Shown piece after piece: positions 48,214 through 57,745 of a DNA stretch of 64,000 nucleotides. The position numbers and the translations under genes were made by a program. Position 1 is the first letter of the stretch; each line of letters opens with the position of its first letter. The DNA comes from a virus (taxonomy: Duplodnaviria > Caudoviricetes): positions 12,424 to 76,423 of IMG/VR virus record IMGVR_UViG_3300026549_000069, one strand, 5' to 3'. A model generated the notes under the pieces. It had not been told where the DNA came from. It was given only the letters and a program-made list of their open reading frames with translations, and made no database searches.

Positions 48214-48471
48214 ATGAAAATTAGAAAAATCATTGAACAGGTGGAAGAACTAAGTATCGCTTCTTATGTCAAGCCACATCAGATAACAATCGACACAATT
48301 GAAGATGTTATCGAAGAATTGCAAACAGACGAACTTTCCTCGTATGAGGCGATTATCGGTTCGTGCGCCTATAAAGTGAATAACTTAATAGAGGTCATGA
48401 ATCCAGAATACCATTACGACATCGAAGTTCTAACAGAACTCCAACACATTCTGAACAGTTATCAAAAATAG
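48214..48471 (+). CDS. Hypothetical protein
   Basis: 85 aa, acidic. Confidence 0.55.
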   Translation: MKIRKIIEQVEELSIASYVKPHQITIDTIEDVIEELQTDELSSYEAIIGSCAYKVNNLIEVMNPEYHYDIEVLTELQHILNSYQK

Positions 48472-48473
48472 AA

Positions 48474-48704
48474 GTGGTAAGTAAAGAGAGCGAGGACGAG
48501 CAGATAAAACGAGAACTTCGCAACGATTTATTGCTTTATGTCCCTACCCCAGAAAGGTATATTTCATGGATTGAAAAGCAAGGCCACATGCTTGACACCG
48601 ACAAGGTGATTGAGTGGCTTTACGACCAAGCGTGTCAGGGCTGGATTGAAGATGTTGAGGTTGATAAATTTGTAGACAAGTTCAAAAAAGATTTCGGACT
48701 ATGA
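48474..48704 (+). CDS. Hypothetical protein sharing ESEDE...WIEKQG module
   Basis: 76 aa. Confidence 0.5.
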   Translation: MVSKESEDEQIKRELRNDLLLYVPTPERYISWIEKQGHMLDTDKVIEWLYDQACQGWIEDVEVDKFVDKFKKDFGL

Positions 48705-49000
48705 CAAGAGAAGAAGAATTAAATGAAGCATGGTGCAATTACAGGGGCAAGTGTAGCACCGAGATAATGCAGGCACTTGCGTTTGCATTACGTTGGTGTG
48801 ACAAACATCCAAATTGGATAAGCGTTGAGGACGAGCTGCCTGAGGAAAATAAGTGGGCACTTACATACAACGGAACGTCTATTAACTTACTCATGCTTGC
48901 TGGTAACGGAGGCTGGTACGACCATAGTGTTGTCAAACATCTTAACATCACCCACTGGATGCCGACTCCGCAACCACCGAAGAAAGGAGGCAAAAAATGA
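48701..49000 (+). CDS. DUF551-like protein
   Basis: WISVEDELPE...ITHWMPTPQPP. Confidence 0.7.
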   Translation: MTREEELNEAWCNYRGKCSTEIMQALAFALRWCDKHPNWISVEDELPEENKWALTYNGTSINLLMLAGNGGWYDHSVVKHLNITHWMPTPQPPKKGGKK

Positions 49001-49176
49001 AACGATTATTTTCCAAATTTAAATGCGACAAATTAGATTGGCATATACCAGAAAGTAAAGTTACTTGGTTAGGTTATGACAATTTTGCAACAAAGTGCAA
49101 GTATTGTGGAAGACGTATTCTTTGGAGTAGTGGGGGATGGTTTTCTTGTAGTTCAAAGAAAGTAGATAAGCAATGA
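48997..49176 (+). CDS. Small protein (59 aa), not in ORF track
   Basis: Coupled both sides; CKYCG. Confidence 0.5.
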   Translation: MKRLFSKFKCDKLDWHIPESKVTWLGYDNFATKCKYCGRRILWSSGGWFSCSSKKVDKQ

Positions 49177-49370
49177 CACGACGCAACAATGACATAGCAG
49201 CGTGCGGCCACGCAACATGCCCAATCCGTCACACCTGCCTGCGCTGGCAGCTGGGGCAACAGATGTCCGACTATCAATGGTGGGCGAACTTTAAACCCAC
49301 AAACGGTGGATGTAAGTTTTACATGCACAACAAACCAAATAACGACAACGATAATGAGCGAGAAGATTGA
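49173..49370 (+). CDS. Small Cys-rich protein
   Basis: DIAAC...CP....C.R. Confidence 0.55.
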   Translation: MTRRNNDIAACGHATCPIRHTCLRWQLGQQMSDYQWWANFKPTNGGCKFYMHNKPNNDNDNERED

Positions 49371-49815
49371 GCCAACCTACCAAGTCACGATGACCAAGCG
49401 ACAAGTTCAACTACTGTCTTATGCGTGCGACCAATTCAGCCGATTGATATGCGGCCAAGATTGGTCATTCCGAGAACTGCTGGAGGCTGCATGGGAGAAA
49501 CGATGCAAGGAGGCAACAGGCAAGATGATAGACAAGGAATGGGATGGCGGCTGGCGCAATATGCGTGCCGAGGCAGAATGCTTGTGTGAGTACATTAAGC
49601 GCAGGTTTTGGGGGCTGGAAAGTAGTGCGCAATACGGCATCTACTACGATGCGACAGCCGACATATTGTGGGATATACACCAAGTACTTCGACATCAGTT
49701 GTGGCTGGATAGACCAGATGATGACAAATCAACCATAACGGTTGATGCGGGCAAGGCAATGCGTGTGGGTAATGAGCCATTAATTGAAATTAAAAAAATA
49801 AACAATGAAAGATAA
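49354..49815 (+). CDS. Hypothetical protein
   Basis: Start reassigned to 49354. Confidence 0.6.
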   Translation: MSEKIEPTYQVTMTKRQVQLLSYACDQFSRLICGQDWSFRELLEAAWEKRCKEATGKMIDKEWDGGWRNMRAEAECLCEYIKRRFWGLESSAQYGIYYDATADILWDIHQVLRHQLWLDRPDDDKSTITVDAGKAMRVGNEPLIEIKKINNER

Positions 49816-50323
49816 AAGAGTTTTTCAATTTAAAGCTGTCATTGAGGGTGCGTTAATTGCGGACGAAAAAAAACGGCTTGAAAGGATTCGTGAAACATTA
49901 ATTAATTGTGGGCTTGACAAAGAGGCATATAATGTACAACGAGATATAAACAAGTGCGTGGATGAACAAAAGAAAGCAATGGAGAAAGCGAAAAAGCAAA
50001 GGCTTAAATTGGTTCGTGAAATGTTGCTTTGTTTTGCAGCCGCAGATATTGCAACAGAATGCGCAGACAATGTAGCTTATGCATTTGATGATGTTGCTTA
50101 TGGCAAAGAGAAAAGCGACGGTAATTCGTTTGCAGAATTATTCAGACTGCAAGCAAAGGATTTGAATAAGTGCGTACAGCTTGTTGATGGACAATGTGGC
50201 GATGATAGAGTTTCGTACTTATATGCTGATATGGCAGAGGAAATAAACAATAAGGTTATCCCTATAATGTACGAAATTATTGACAAATATATGGATAGTG
50301 AAAAAGGAAAGAAAATCTTATAA
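49805..50323 (+). CDS. Hypothetical helical protein
   Basis: 172 aa. Confidence 0.6.
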   Translation: MKDKRVFQFKAVIEGALIADEKKRLERIRETLINCGLDKEAYNVQRDINKCVDEQKKAMEKAKKQRLKLVREMLLCFAAADIATECADNVAYAFDDVAYGKEKSDGNSFAELFRLQAKDLNKCVQLVDGQCGDDRVSYLYADMAEEINNKVIPIMYEIIDKYMDSEKGKKIL

Positions 50324-50480
50324 GGGTTCTAATCAAAAAAAAGGCATTGAAAGGTCTTGCTCAAATTGCAGCAAATATCCCTGTTTTACGGGTATAGAAA
50401 ATTTGGAAAGCGATTTTGGCAAAGAGGGATGTAGGAACTATTTTGTAAAAGATAACAACAATGGACATAAATCGTGTTGA
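50280..50480 (+). CDS. Small Cys-containing protein
   Basis: CSNC..YPC...C; start uncertain. Confidence 0.45.
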   Translation: MTNIWIVKKERKSYKGSNQKKGIERSCSNCSKYPCFTGIENLESDFGKEGCRNYFVKDNNNGHKSC

Positions 50481-50853
50481 ATTAAAAGGCCGTGTGGCGA
50501 CAGATGTTACCGTAAGAAAGACAGCTACTGGCGGAGAATGGCTAGCATTCGCAGTGGCCACAAACGAATACAACCCAGCAGCAGCAGTCGAAAAAGATAA
50601 GTCTGTTGCAACATTTATACAAGTGGCGGTATTCAATCCGAATATAGTAGAAAGGATTAGAAAAATCGGGATAAGAATTGGAACACATGTGTGGTTGCTT
50701 GGTAAGATTATTGTGCGAGCGGTAGAAAACCACGGCAGGTCAATTGTGTACACAAGTGTTGCTGTTAGCGAAATAGAAGTACTACAAAGGAAAAAATCAA
50801 ATTCCGATTTGCAAGCACCAAACGAACAAAATAATAATGATAATGATTTTTAG
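50461..50853 (+). CDS. ssb: Single-stranded DNA-binding protein
   Basis: INRVELKGRV, FAVATN, OB-fold pattern, acidic tail NDNDF. Confidence 0.8.
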   Translation: MDINRVELKGRVATDVTVRKTATGGEWLAFAVATNEYNPAAAVEKDKSVATFIQVAVFNPNIVERIRKIGIRIGTHVWLLGKIIVRAVENHGRSIVYTSVAVSEIEVLQRKKSNSDLQAPNEQNNNDNDF

Positions 50854-50855
50854 TT

Positions 50856-51821
50856 ATGTACGAACACAAGAATGAAATCCTATCCAGCAGGGTAGGTTGC
50901 TTGGGAGCAAGTGATGGGAATATTATTGCCTATGCAGCGACAAATAATGAAGTTCAAAAAAGCGCATTAAAGCGTTTGGCTGTAGTAAAAGGTCTGATTG
51001 AGCCGCAAGACGGGTTAACAACAGCTGCTATGCGATTGGGTGATGACATTGAAATGCTAATCTTTGAAAACCTGAAATTGTCCGATGAAAGATGGCAATC
51101 AAACTATCGTTTTGACAGTGTAAGATATAGCAGAAAGAATGTCAAGCTAATTGCCCACATCGACTTTTTCTTAAAAGATGATGAGAACCAAGTATTGCGA
51201 TTGATTGAATGCAAAGCAACAAAGAATGGCATTAATGCTGCAAGATATGAATATGCCAATCAATTGTACATCGAATATTCACTGGCAAAAGAATATGCAG
51301 CAACACTCGGCAAGAAATGGAAAGTGGAATTAATGCTATGCCACTATGACACAAATGGCTATGTTGATTTTGACCCAAGTAAAATCGTAACGAAAAAAGT
51401 AGCTTTCAAGACAAAGCCGTTTGACATTGATTTTGGCATGGATGTTATTGACAAGAAATTGGAGTCGCTTAATGAATTTTATGAAGATGGCGACATTGAC
51501 GCAGATGCATTGCCTATTGCGGTCAAAAAGGATTTTGACTTGATGACAAATGTCATTCGTGAAATAGAAACACGACAAAAGCAGGTGGACGATTTTAAGG
51601 CAAAGCTGTACGACTTTTTCTTGCAACGAGGGATTAAATCTGTCAAAAGCGATGACTTTACAATCACACTTGTTGAACCGACAACAATAAGTTCTTTCGA
51701 TACAAAGAAATATCTAGAGGATTATGAAAAAGAACATCCGTATAAATGTCAAAAAATAAAGAAACAATACGAAAAGAAATCAAACCGAAAAGGTTATGTT
51801 CAAATTAAAGTAAAACATTAA
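50856..51821 (+). CDS. YqaJ/lambda-exonuclease-like protein
   Basis: GCLGASD, AMRLG..IE, HIDF, LIECK, QLY. Confidence 0.75.
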   Translation: MYEHKNEILSSRVGCLGASDGNIIAYAATNNEVQKSALKRLAVVKGLIEPQDGLTTAAMRLGDDIEMLIFENLKLSDERWQSNYRFDSVRYSRKNVKLIAHIDFFLKDDENQVLRLIECKATKNGINAARYEYANQLYIEYSLAKEYAATLGKKWKVELMLCHYDTNGYVDFDPSKIVTKKVAFKTKPFDIDFGMDVIDKKLESLNEFYEDGDIDADALPIAVKKDFDLMTNVIREIETRQKQVDDFKAKLYDFFLQRGIKSVKSDDFTITLVEPTTISSFDTKKYLEDYEKEHPYKCQKIKKQYEKKSNRKGYVQIKVKH

Positions 51822-51836
51822 AATTAAGACAAAATT

Positions 51837-52670
51837 ATGGAAACAACAAATCAAATGACAACTCAACAGCAAGAGGGTGAGGTGATGCGAATTGACAATG
51901 CAGACACATTGGCAGCATTGACAAAAAGCGAAATCGATGTTCAGATTGCAACCGCAAAGCAATATCCGCGCAATCTATCTAAAGTTCTTAATGACATCGA
52001 AACATTGGCGACAATGGATTCTGATGTTGCTGCATCTTGTTTCTACACATTGCGCAGACAGGGGAAACTCATCGAGGGGCCGACAGTACGAATGGCTGAA
52101 ATCATTGCATCATCATGGGGGAACTTGCGTGTTCAAGCCATGGTTGTTGCAAACGATGGAAAGACAATCACGGCAAGAGGGGTTTGCCATGACCTTGAAA
52201 GCAATTACGCAGCAGCAACAGAGGTGAAAAGAAGAATCACTGATAGAAATGGCAAAACATATAGCGAGGATATGCAAGTAATGACCGGCAATGCAGCCTG
52301 TGCTATTGCTTTGAGAAATGCAATATTCAAGGTTGTTCCCGGCGCATTGGTCAAGAAAGTCATTGACAAAGCAAAGAAAGTTAGTATCGGTGAGTCTATG
52401 ACTTTGGAACAGACACGTCAAGCAATGATTGAATACTTTGAGAAGATTGGTGTAACGAGTAAACAGATTCTCGACTATCTTTCGGTTGAAAAGATTGAGG
52501 AAATCAACATTGATATGGTTGTTGAATTGCGTGGACTTGCGAATGCTATTGCGGATGGAACAACAACAAAGGAAGAGGCTTTTGCCCCAAAGGTTGACGA
52601 TGAAACTGCAAAAAAGGTAGCCGAAAAATTTGATGGATTCAACGAATCGTTCCTTGAGCCACAAAAGTAA
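51837..52670 (+). CDS. Putative single-strand annealing protein
   Basis: EIDVQIATAKQYPR family; directly follows the exonuclease (Red-like pairing inferred). Confidence 0.55.
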   Translation: METTNQMTTQQQEGEVMRIDNADTLAALTKSEIDVQIATAKQYPRNLSKVLNDIETLATMDSDVAASCFYTLRRQGKLIEGPTVRMAEIIASSWGNLRVQAMVVANDGKTITARGVCHDLESNYAAATEVKRRITDRNGKTYSEDMQVMTGNAACAIALRNAIFKVVPGALVKKVIDKAKKVSIGESMTLEQTRQAMIEYFEKIGVTSKQILDYLSVEKIEEINIDMVVELRGLANAIADGTTTKEEAFAPKVDDETAKKVAEKFDGFNESFLEPQK

Positions 52671-52688
52671 AATTAAGTTGTTTTTTCT

Positions 52689-52730
52689 TGTTGGCGGTAT
52701 GTTTGCCATTTTCATATCGCCAACATTTAA
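52689..52730 (+). terminator. Intrinsic terminator
   Basis: tgttggcggtatg/catatcgccaaca. Confidence 0.7.
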
Positions 52731-52736
52731 AAATAA

Positions 52737-52768
52737 TTTGCAATATTCAAAATTTTGTCGTACCTTTG
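52737..52768 (+). promoter_or_regulatory. Bacteroidota promoter
   Basis: TTTG-N20-TACCTTTG. Confidence 0.8.
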
Positions 52769-52794
52769 CACGGATAAAACAATGTTGAACGAGT

Positions 52795-53331
52795 ATGGTA
52801 TTAAACGAAAAGGAAATATGTAGGTATCTTGATATACCGTCAATACCTAAAAAGAAATGGGATGGCAAAACATCATTCCAGCATGGTGTTGCTATTGCAA
52901 ATCTTGTTAGTGGCGCACAGTCTTATGTTGCTGTTTCTTTCGACAGCGAAAAGGATTCATCGCCAAGAATCAGGAAAGTGTTTGAACTTGAGCAATACAC
53001 GACAATAGGTGATGTGTTTGTTGTGCCGTCATATATGAATGTTGATGTTGACAATATGGACTTGGATGATGATTCAAAGGATATGGCAAAATTGCTTGTA
53101 GAGGAGGCTGACGAAAAAATTTCCGACAACGAGATTTTTGACGACACACCAAGCAACGAATATTTCTTTGACAACATCAAGAATGACGAAGAGGCAATAG
53201 CTTTTATCCGTTCATACTACAAGAGCAAAGGAGCTGGAAAGAAAAGGAAAATTCCCAAAAAGCATGAAAGCATCATCATTGCATTAAGTGTAATATATAA
53301 CGAAATTCAAAACAAGGAAAATGGAAAATAA
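52795..53331 (+). CDS. Hypothetical protein
   Basis: 178 aa. Confidence 0.65.
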   Translation: MVLNEKEICRYLDIPSIPKKKWDGKTSFQHGVAIANLVSGAQSYVAVSFDSEKDSSPRIRKVFELEQYTTIGDVFVVPSYMNVDVDNMDLDDDSKDMAKLLVEEADEKISDNEIFDDTPSNEYFFDNIKNDEEAIAFIRSYYKSKGAGKKRKIPKKHESIIIALSVIYNEIQNKENGK

Positions 53332-54010
53332 GAAACCTACAAAAAGCGAACTTGAGCGAAGAATCAAGAATGCGCTTGTGTTCGTGCCGAAAGACAAGGA
53401 TTATCAATCCGTTTATTTCGCAGACAAAGGGTTGAAACTTGAGGTGACACAGGAACATACAATCATCAGTACTACATATCACAAGCACGTTTTTGACAAC
53501 ATCACATCAAGCGGAATCAGTAGACCGTACATCTACACAAGGCGATTTATTGAGATTGCGCTCGATACCAATTGTACTTACACGGATGATAATGGCTACA
53601 AGTTCTATTCATATCAAAAGATGATGAATGAACTGAAAGCAGACAAAGATAAACAGACTGAATACAATATCGCTTACTATTGCGACCTTTGGTTTTTTAA
53701 TCTGTTTAACCCACTGTATTCCATTGACGGAAACAATGCATCTGCTTTTATCGTGTTCCTTGACTACATCTGCAATGTCGCCAAAAATTCAATCATTCTT
53801 GATGAACACACCGAAAGTATGACCAATAAGCAATTCCTTGACAAATACATCGGATTGATTATGGATTTCACAAAGACAATGCAAGAGGAAGTTATCTTTG
53901 AGAAAAAGACCGATGACAAGCTGATGCAAGAAAGCATTGAGGCATTACAAGAACAGGAACAAGAACAACAAATCAATCAAAACACAGAAAACAATGAAAG
54001 TCAAGATTAA
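53321..54010 (+). CDS. Hypothetical protein
   Basis: 229 aa. Confidence 0.65.
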   Translation: MENKKPTKSELERRIKNALVFVPKDKDYQSVYFADKGLKLEVTQEHTIISTTYHKHVFDNITSSGISRPYIYTRRFIEIALDTNCTYTDDNGYKFYSYQKMMNELKADKDKQTEYNIAYYCDLWFFNLFNPLYSIDGNNASAFIVFLDYICNVAKNSIILDEHTESMTNKQFLDKYIGLIMDFTKTMQEEVIFEKKTDDKLMQESIEALQEQEQEQQINQNTENNESQD

Positions 54011-54443
54011 GAAATTGCACAAGAATGCAGTCGTGCCATTTAAGACTTACCGCAATGATTGTTGCTATGATGTCGTTGCAGTAAGCTGCACGGAGGTTGC
54101 GCCAAATGTGTACAGATATGGAACAGGACTATCATTCCAAATCGAACGTGAACAGGATGAAGATGATTCCGATAAAATTATTTCTATTGACTTTCGATGC
54201 CGTTCTAGCATTTGGAAAACTGGTATGGTGTTGTCTAATTCGTGCGGCACGATTGATGAGGCGTATACTGGCGAGGTGATGGCTGTGTTCTATCATGTTA
54301 TGCCCGATATGCCGAAATATAAAGTGGGAGACAAGATTGGACAAATAAAGATTGGAACAACATGCCCTATGGATTTCGTAGTTGTGAACGAATTAGGCAA
54401 AACAGATAGGGGTAATAACGGATATGGCTCAACAGGGGCATAA
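53994..54443 (+). CDS. dut: dUTPase (trimeric)
   Basis: CYD, RSS, GTIDEAYTGE, RGNNGYGSTG. Confidence 0.92.
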   Translation: MKVKIKKLHKNAVVPFKTYRNDCCYDVVAVSCTEVAPNVYRYGTGLSFQIEREQDEDDSDKIISIDFRCRSSIWKTGMVLSNSCGTIDEAYTGEVMAVFYHVMPDMPKYKVGDKIGQIKIGTTCPMDFVVVNELGKTDRGNNGYGSTGA

Positions 54444-54444
54444 T

Positions 54445-54615
54445 ATGAACGAACCAAACCAATATGAATGGGTGAGTCCAAGCACGCTGGCCGAAAGGTT
54501 GGGTGTTTCTACTATGACTATATACAACAAGATGAAACGTGGCTTTTACGAATATCAGTCGTTCCGCCGTGGAAAGATGATTGGCTATTTAATAAAGGTT
54601 GCAAAACAAGGATAA
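54445..54615 (+). CDS. Excisionase/MerR-like HTH protein
   Basis: SPSTLAERLGVSTMTIYNKM. Confidence 0.6.
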   Translation: MNEPNQYEWVSPSTLAERLGVSTMTIYNKMKRGFYEYQSFRRGKMIGYLIKVAKQG

Positions 54616-54633
54616 TTTCAAATAAAGAATATT

Positions 54634-54822
54634 ATGGATTACAAAATTGGTGACAAGGTGAATGTGACTGCAAATTCAATCACAATCGGCAAAGGTGTCG
54701 TTGAACGCATCGAAGATGAGGCTTATGTGGTTAAATTAGACAACCCGATTACAACGGTCTATTGTATGTCATGTGACCTTGAATATGTCGTAGATGAGGA
54801 TGGCACGGACAAGGAAAAGTAG
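54634..54822 (+). CDS. Small SH3-like protein
   Basis: YKIGDKVNV...GVVERIE. Confidence 0.5.
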   Translation: MDYKIGDKVNVTANSITIGKGVVERIEDEAYVVKLDNPITTVYCMSCDLEYVVDEDGTDKEK

Positions 54823-54991
54823 GAAACGCAAAGGTAAAATCAAGTTCACCCAGTCTGTCAGGCTAAAACAAAAGTCTGACAAGACTAGGGTGGACATTGA
54901 AAAAGGTGATACCGCTGGATTAAGGAAAGCACCAGCAAGGTTGTACCCAGATAATGGTGCGAACTTTAAGATTAAGATTAGGAAAAAATGA
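54800..54991 (+). CDS. Highly basic small protein
   Basis: K/R-rich 63 aa. Confidence 0.5.
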   Translation: MARTRKSRKRKGKIKFTQSVRLKQKSDKTRVDIEKGDTAGLRKAPARLYPDNGANFKIKIRKK

Positions 54992-55416
54992 ACATCACAA
55001 TTAAAACAAGATATACCCTAATTAGGATGGGTAAAGTTTTGCCATTTATTGTATGTTTTATCTTACTAATTTCCTATTCTGAATGCTTGTATGCTCTATC
55101 CATAAAAGATTACATTGAATTTCCAAGCGGTGTTTATCTAAATAAACCAGTTTCATGGGCGATTGGCGAATATTTTAGATATGATTTGCCAACATTGGCA
55201 TTCTTTGCAATTGTATCATTCGCCATCCGCACTTGCATTTGGAACAAATTATCAATAGCATATCTAGCGGCTCAACTATATGAAAAATCTTTCTTTGCAA
55301 CACATGAATACAATGTTTCAATTTACCACATCGTCACAATTGTAAACATAGCATTGTGCCTATTCTTTTGCTGTAAAGGAATCAAAATACTAACCACAAA
55401 AACTTCCACACAATGA
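54988..55416 (+). CDS. Membrane protein
   Basis: Three to four hydrophobic helices. Confidence 0.6.
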   Translation: MNITIKTRYTLIRMGKVLPFIVCFILLISYSECLYALSIKDYIEFPSGVYLNKPVSWAIGEYFRYDLPTLAFFAIVSFAIRTCIWNKLSIAYLAAQLYEKSFFATHEYNVSIYHIVTIVNIALCLFFCCKGIKILTTKTSTQ

Positions 55417-56276
55417 AACTAACAACCAAAGATGTCCGGCAAGTAGATAATCCAGAATTTCGCATTATGAACAATCGTGTCGGATTGTTTAACACTACGA
55501 TGCAAGATTACAAGAAACTGGGATTGCCAAAAGCACAATTGATTCTTACGGACATCCCATATAGCCTTGGTGCAAACGCCTACGCATCCAACCCAACATG
55601 GTATCAGGGCGGTGATAACAAAAATGGCGAAAGCGAGTTGGCTGGTACCACATTCTTCACAACAGATGAAAATTTCAAGCCAGCAGAAATGATGCACTTT
55701 GCATCACAAATGCTAAAGCCAGAGCCAAAAGAAACAGGTAAAGCACCTTGCATGATTATCTTTTGCGAGTTTGAACAACAATTCTATTTAATTGATTTGG
55801 CTAGGCGATATGGGCTAAAGAACTACATCAACCTTGTGTTTAGAAAGAATTACTCTGCACAAGTGCTTAAAGCGAATATGCGTGTTGTTGGTAATTGCGA
55901 ATATGGTCTTATTTTATATCGTAACAAATTGCCGAAATTCAACAACAATGGGCAAATGGTCTTCAATTGTATGGACTACCCTAGAGATTTGGGAATGGAG
56001 CGAATACATCCTACGCAAAAATCAATCCCTATGTTGAAACGACTGATTGAATTGTTCACCGATGTTGATGATGTCGTGATTGACCCATTTGCTGGCAGTG
56101 GCTCTACATTGATTGCGGCTGCAAGTATGGGGCGCAAGGCATACGGTATGGAAATAAGCAAAAGGTTTTATAGTGATGCTTGTGTCGCTTTGCAGAATAA
56201 TATACAACCTGATTTGTTCAATGTGAGCATCGAGGAAGAAAAACGAAAACAATATAAACAACAAAAAATATTTTAA
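55413..56276 (+). CDS. Beta-class N6-adenine/N4-cytosine DNA methyltransferase
   Basis: TDIPY motif IV, HPTQKS, DPFAGSGST motif I. Confidence 0.9.
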   Translation: MKLTTKDVRQVDNPEFRIMNNRVGLFNTTMQDYKKLGLPKAQLILTDIPYSLGANAYASNPTWYQGGDNKNGESELAGTTFFTTDENFKPAEMMHFASQMLKPEPKETGKAPCMIIFCEFEQQFYLIDLARRYGLKNYINLVFRKNYSAQVLKANMRVVGNCEYGLILYRNKLPKFNNNGQMVFNCMDYPRDLGMERIHPTQKSIPMLKRLIELFTDVDDVVIDPFAGSGSTLIAAASMGRKAYGMEISKRFYSDACVALQNNIQPDLFNVSIEEEKRKQYKQQKIF

Positions 56277-56278
56277 CC

Positions 56279-56566
56279 ATGGCTAGCAAAAGTACAGAAT
56301 ACTATCGTACACATCCTAAAGCAAAAGAAAAGAAAAAGGAGTACGACAAGGAGTTCAATAAAAAGAAAGAACAAGTTGAAAAGCGTGTCGAACTGAAACG
56401 AGAGAATCGTGAACACGATAAAAAGTACGGCAAGGAATCACGAAAAGGAAAAGACTTGTCGCACACAAGCAAAGGTCTTGTCTACAAGAAATCGTCTACT
56501 AATCGTGGCTCAAAGTCAGACACGGCTGGTGACCGCAGAGCGAGAGGAGGTAAGAAAAAAAAATGA
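56279..56566 (+). CDS. Basic protein, possible degenerate HNH-like fold
   Basis: K-rich; KDLSH...STNRG. Confidence 0.55.
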   Translation: MASKSTEYYRTHPKAKEKKKEYDKEFNKKKEQVEKRVELKRENREHDKKYGKESRKGKDLSHTSKGLVYKKSSTNRGSKSDTAGDRRARGGKKKK

Positions 56567-56799
56567 GAGATGTGATGAAACAAGAGATTGGCGGCAAGCA
56601 CTACAATGGTTTGAAAATCCAGCCAATCCAATATATCTTTGCGAACAATCTTGGATTCATTGAGGGCAATATAGTAAAGTATATTACTAGATATAAAGAC
56701 AAGAACAAGAATGAGGATATTGAAAAGATAATCCACTACGCAAAGTTGTTGCTTAAACTGGAATACGAATATACGCAAGACAAATTAGATTCTTTATGA
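56563..56799 (+). CDS. DUF3310-like protein
   Basis: GGKHY..IQP...GNIVKYITRY..K...EDIEK..HY. Confidence 0.85.
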   Translation: MRDVMKQEIGGKHYNGLKIQPIQYIFANNLGFIEGNIVKYITRYKDKNKNEDIEKIIHYAKLLLKLEYEYTQDKLDSL

Positions 56800-57158
56800 C
56801 TATGGACTTGAACAAAGAAGCAAAGATTTGGTGCGCAAAGCATAGCAACAAAGGATGTAAGGATAATTGCTCTGGTTGCTGGCAATTAAAGCAAGAATGG
56901 GGATGTGAACAACACAACATGGAATCAGCATATATTGCTGGTTCTCTAAATGCAATCAACCGTATTTGGCGCAATTCATATATCGAACCAAGGCGTGGCA
57001 GATATATCATCGTAAAGCCTAAAGATGCTAGTGTTGGAGAAGTGTTCTTGGCAAAAACTCTAACTGGCGGCGAGTATATTCGCGAAGAAAGCATAGGAAG
57101 TTTGCAGCCAACAGACATCTGGTGCTATTTGTACGACATATTGCCAAACACGAAATAA
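56796..57158 (+). CDS. Hypothetical protein
   Basis: 120 aa. Confidence 0.55.
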   Translation: MTMDLNKEAKIWCAKHSNKGCKDNCSGCWQLKQEWGCEQHNMESAYIAGSLNAINRIWRNSYIEPRRGRYIIVKPKDASVGEVFLAKTLTGGEYIREESIGSLQPTDIWCYLYDILPNTK

Positions 57159-57160
57159 AT

Positions 57161-57240
57161 GCGTTTTAAGCGACTTTTGCGCTCAAGGTATATAGTTGCT
57201 CATTCTTGCGAAATAAATGCAACACAGCGCAATTAAATGG
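57161..57240. repeat. Dispersed element, copy E
   Basis: gcgttttaagcgactttt...caaggt...acacagcgcaatt. Confidence 0.6.
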
Positions 57241-57276
57241 CTTTTTGGGCTATAATTAAAAATTGTTACACATTGT

Positions 57277-57308
57277 GTTGTGCAAATTAGATAAAAACCA
57301 TATCTTTG
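57277..57308 (+). promoter_or_regulatory. Bacteroidota promoter
   Basis: GTTG-N20-TATCTTTG. Confidence 0.65.
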
Positions 57309-57324
57309 CAGACAGAATTTTAAT

Positions 57325-57714
57325 ATGGCAAGTTTTGAATTAATAGGCTACATCAAGAATATTGCGCACATAGGCGGCAAAGCACGTCTTACCGTTGGCG
57401 AGTATATCCAAGGAAAGCGCAATGAAATCGGCGAAATAGAAAACGAGAAAATGGACTTATGGTTTGTTTTCTTCCCGAAATCATCCAACCGGCATCTAAT
57501 GAACTTTAAGGTTGGCGACCTTGTGATTGTAAAGGGAACTATTCACCAATCAATGCCAAACTCGGATTATGCTTATGCTATCAATGCAGAAAGCATCAAG
57601 CATTTCTACACAAGGAACATTCTTGATGAAATGAAAATGGAAAGTGCGTCAAAGAAAGCAATCAAGAAAGGCGATGCCCCGAATCTTGATGATGCACTAG
57701 AAAATGATTTTTAG
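57325..57714 (+). CDS. OB-fold SSB-like protein
   Basis: FELIGYIK, KVGDLVIVKGTI, acidic tail LENDF. Confidence 0.6.
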   Translation: MASFELIGYIKNIAHIGGKARLTVGEYIQGKRNEIGEIENEKMDLWFVFFPKSSNRHLMNFKVGDLVIVKGTIHQSMPNSDYAYAINAESIKHFYTRNILDEMKMESASKKAIKKGDAPNLDDALENDF

Positions 57715-57745
57715 GTTAACCACAATTAAATAAGTACTTATTATT

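Noticed and set aside
54445-54615. Integration module (excisionase plus integrase)
   Set aside because: Only an HTH is present; no tyrosine or large serine integrase or att site is seen in the window
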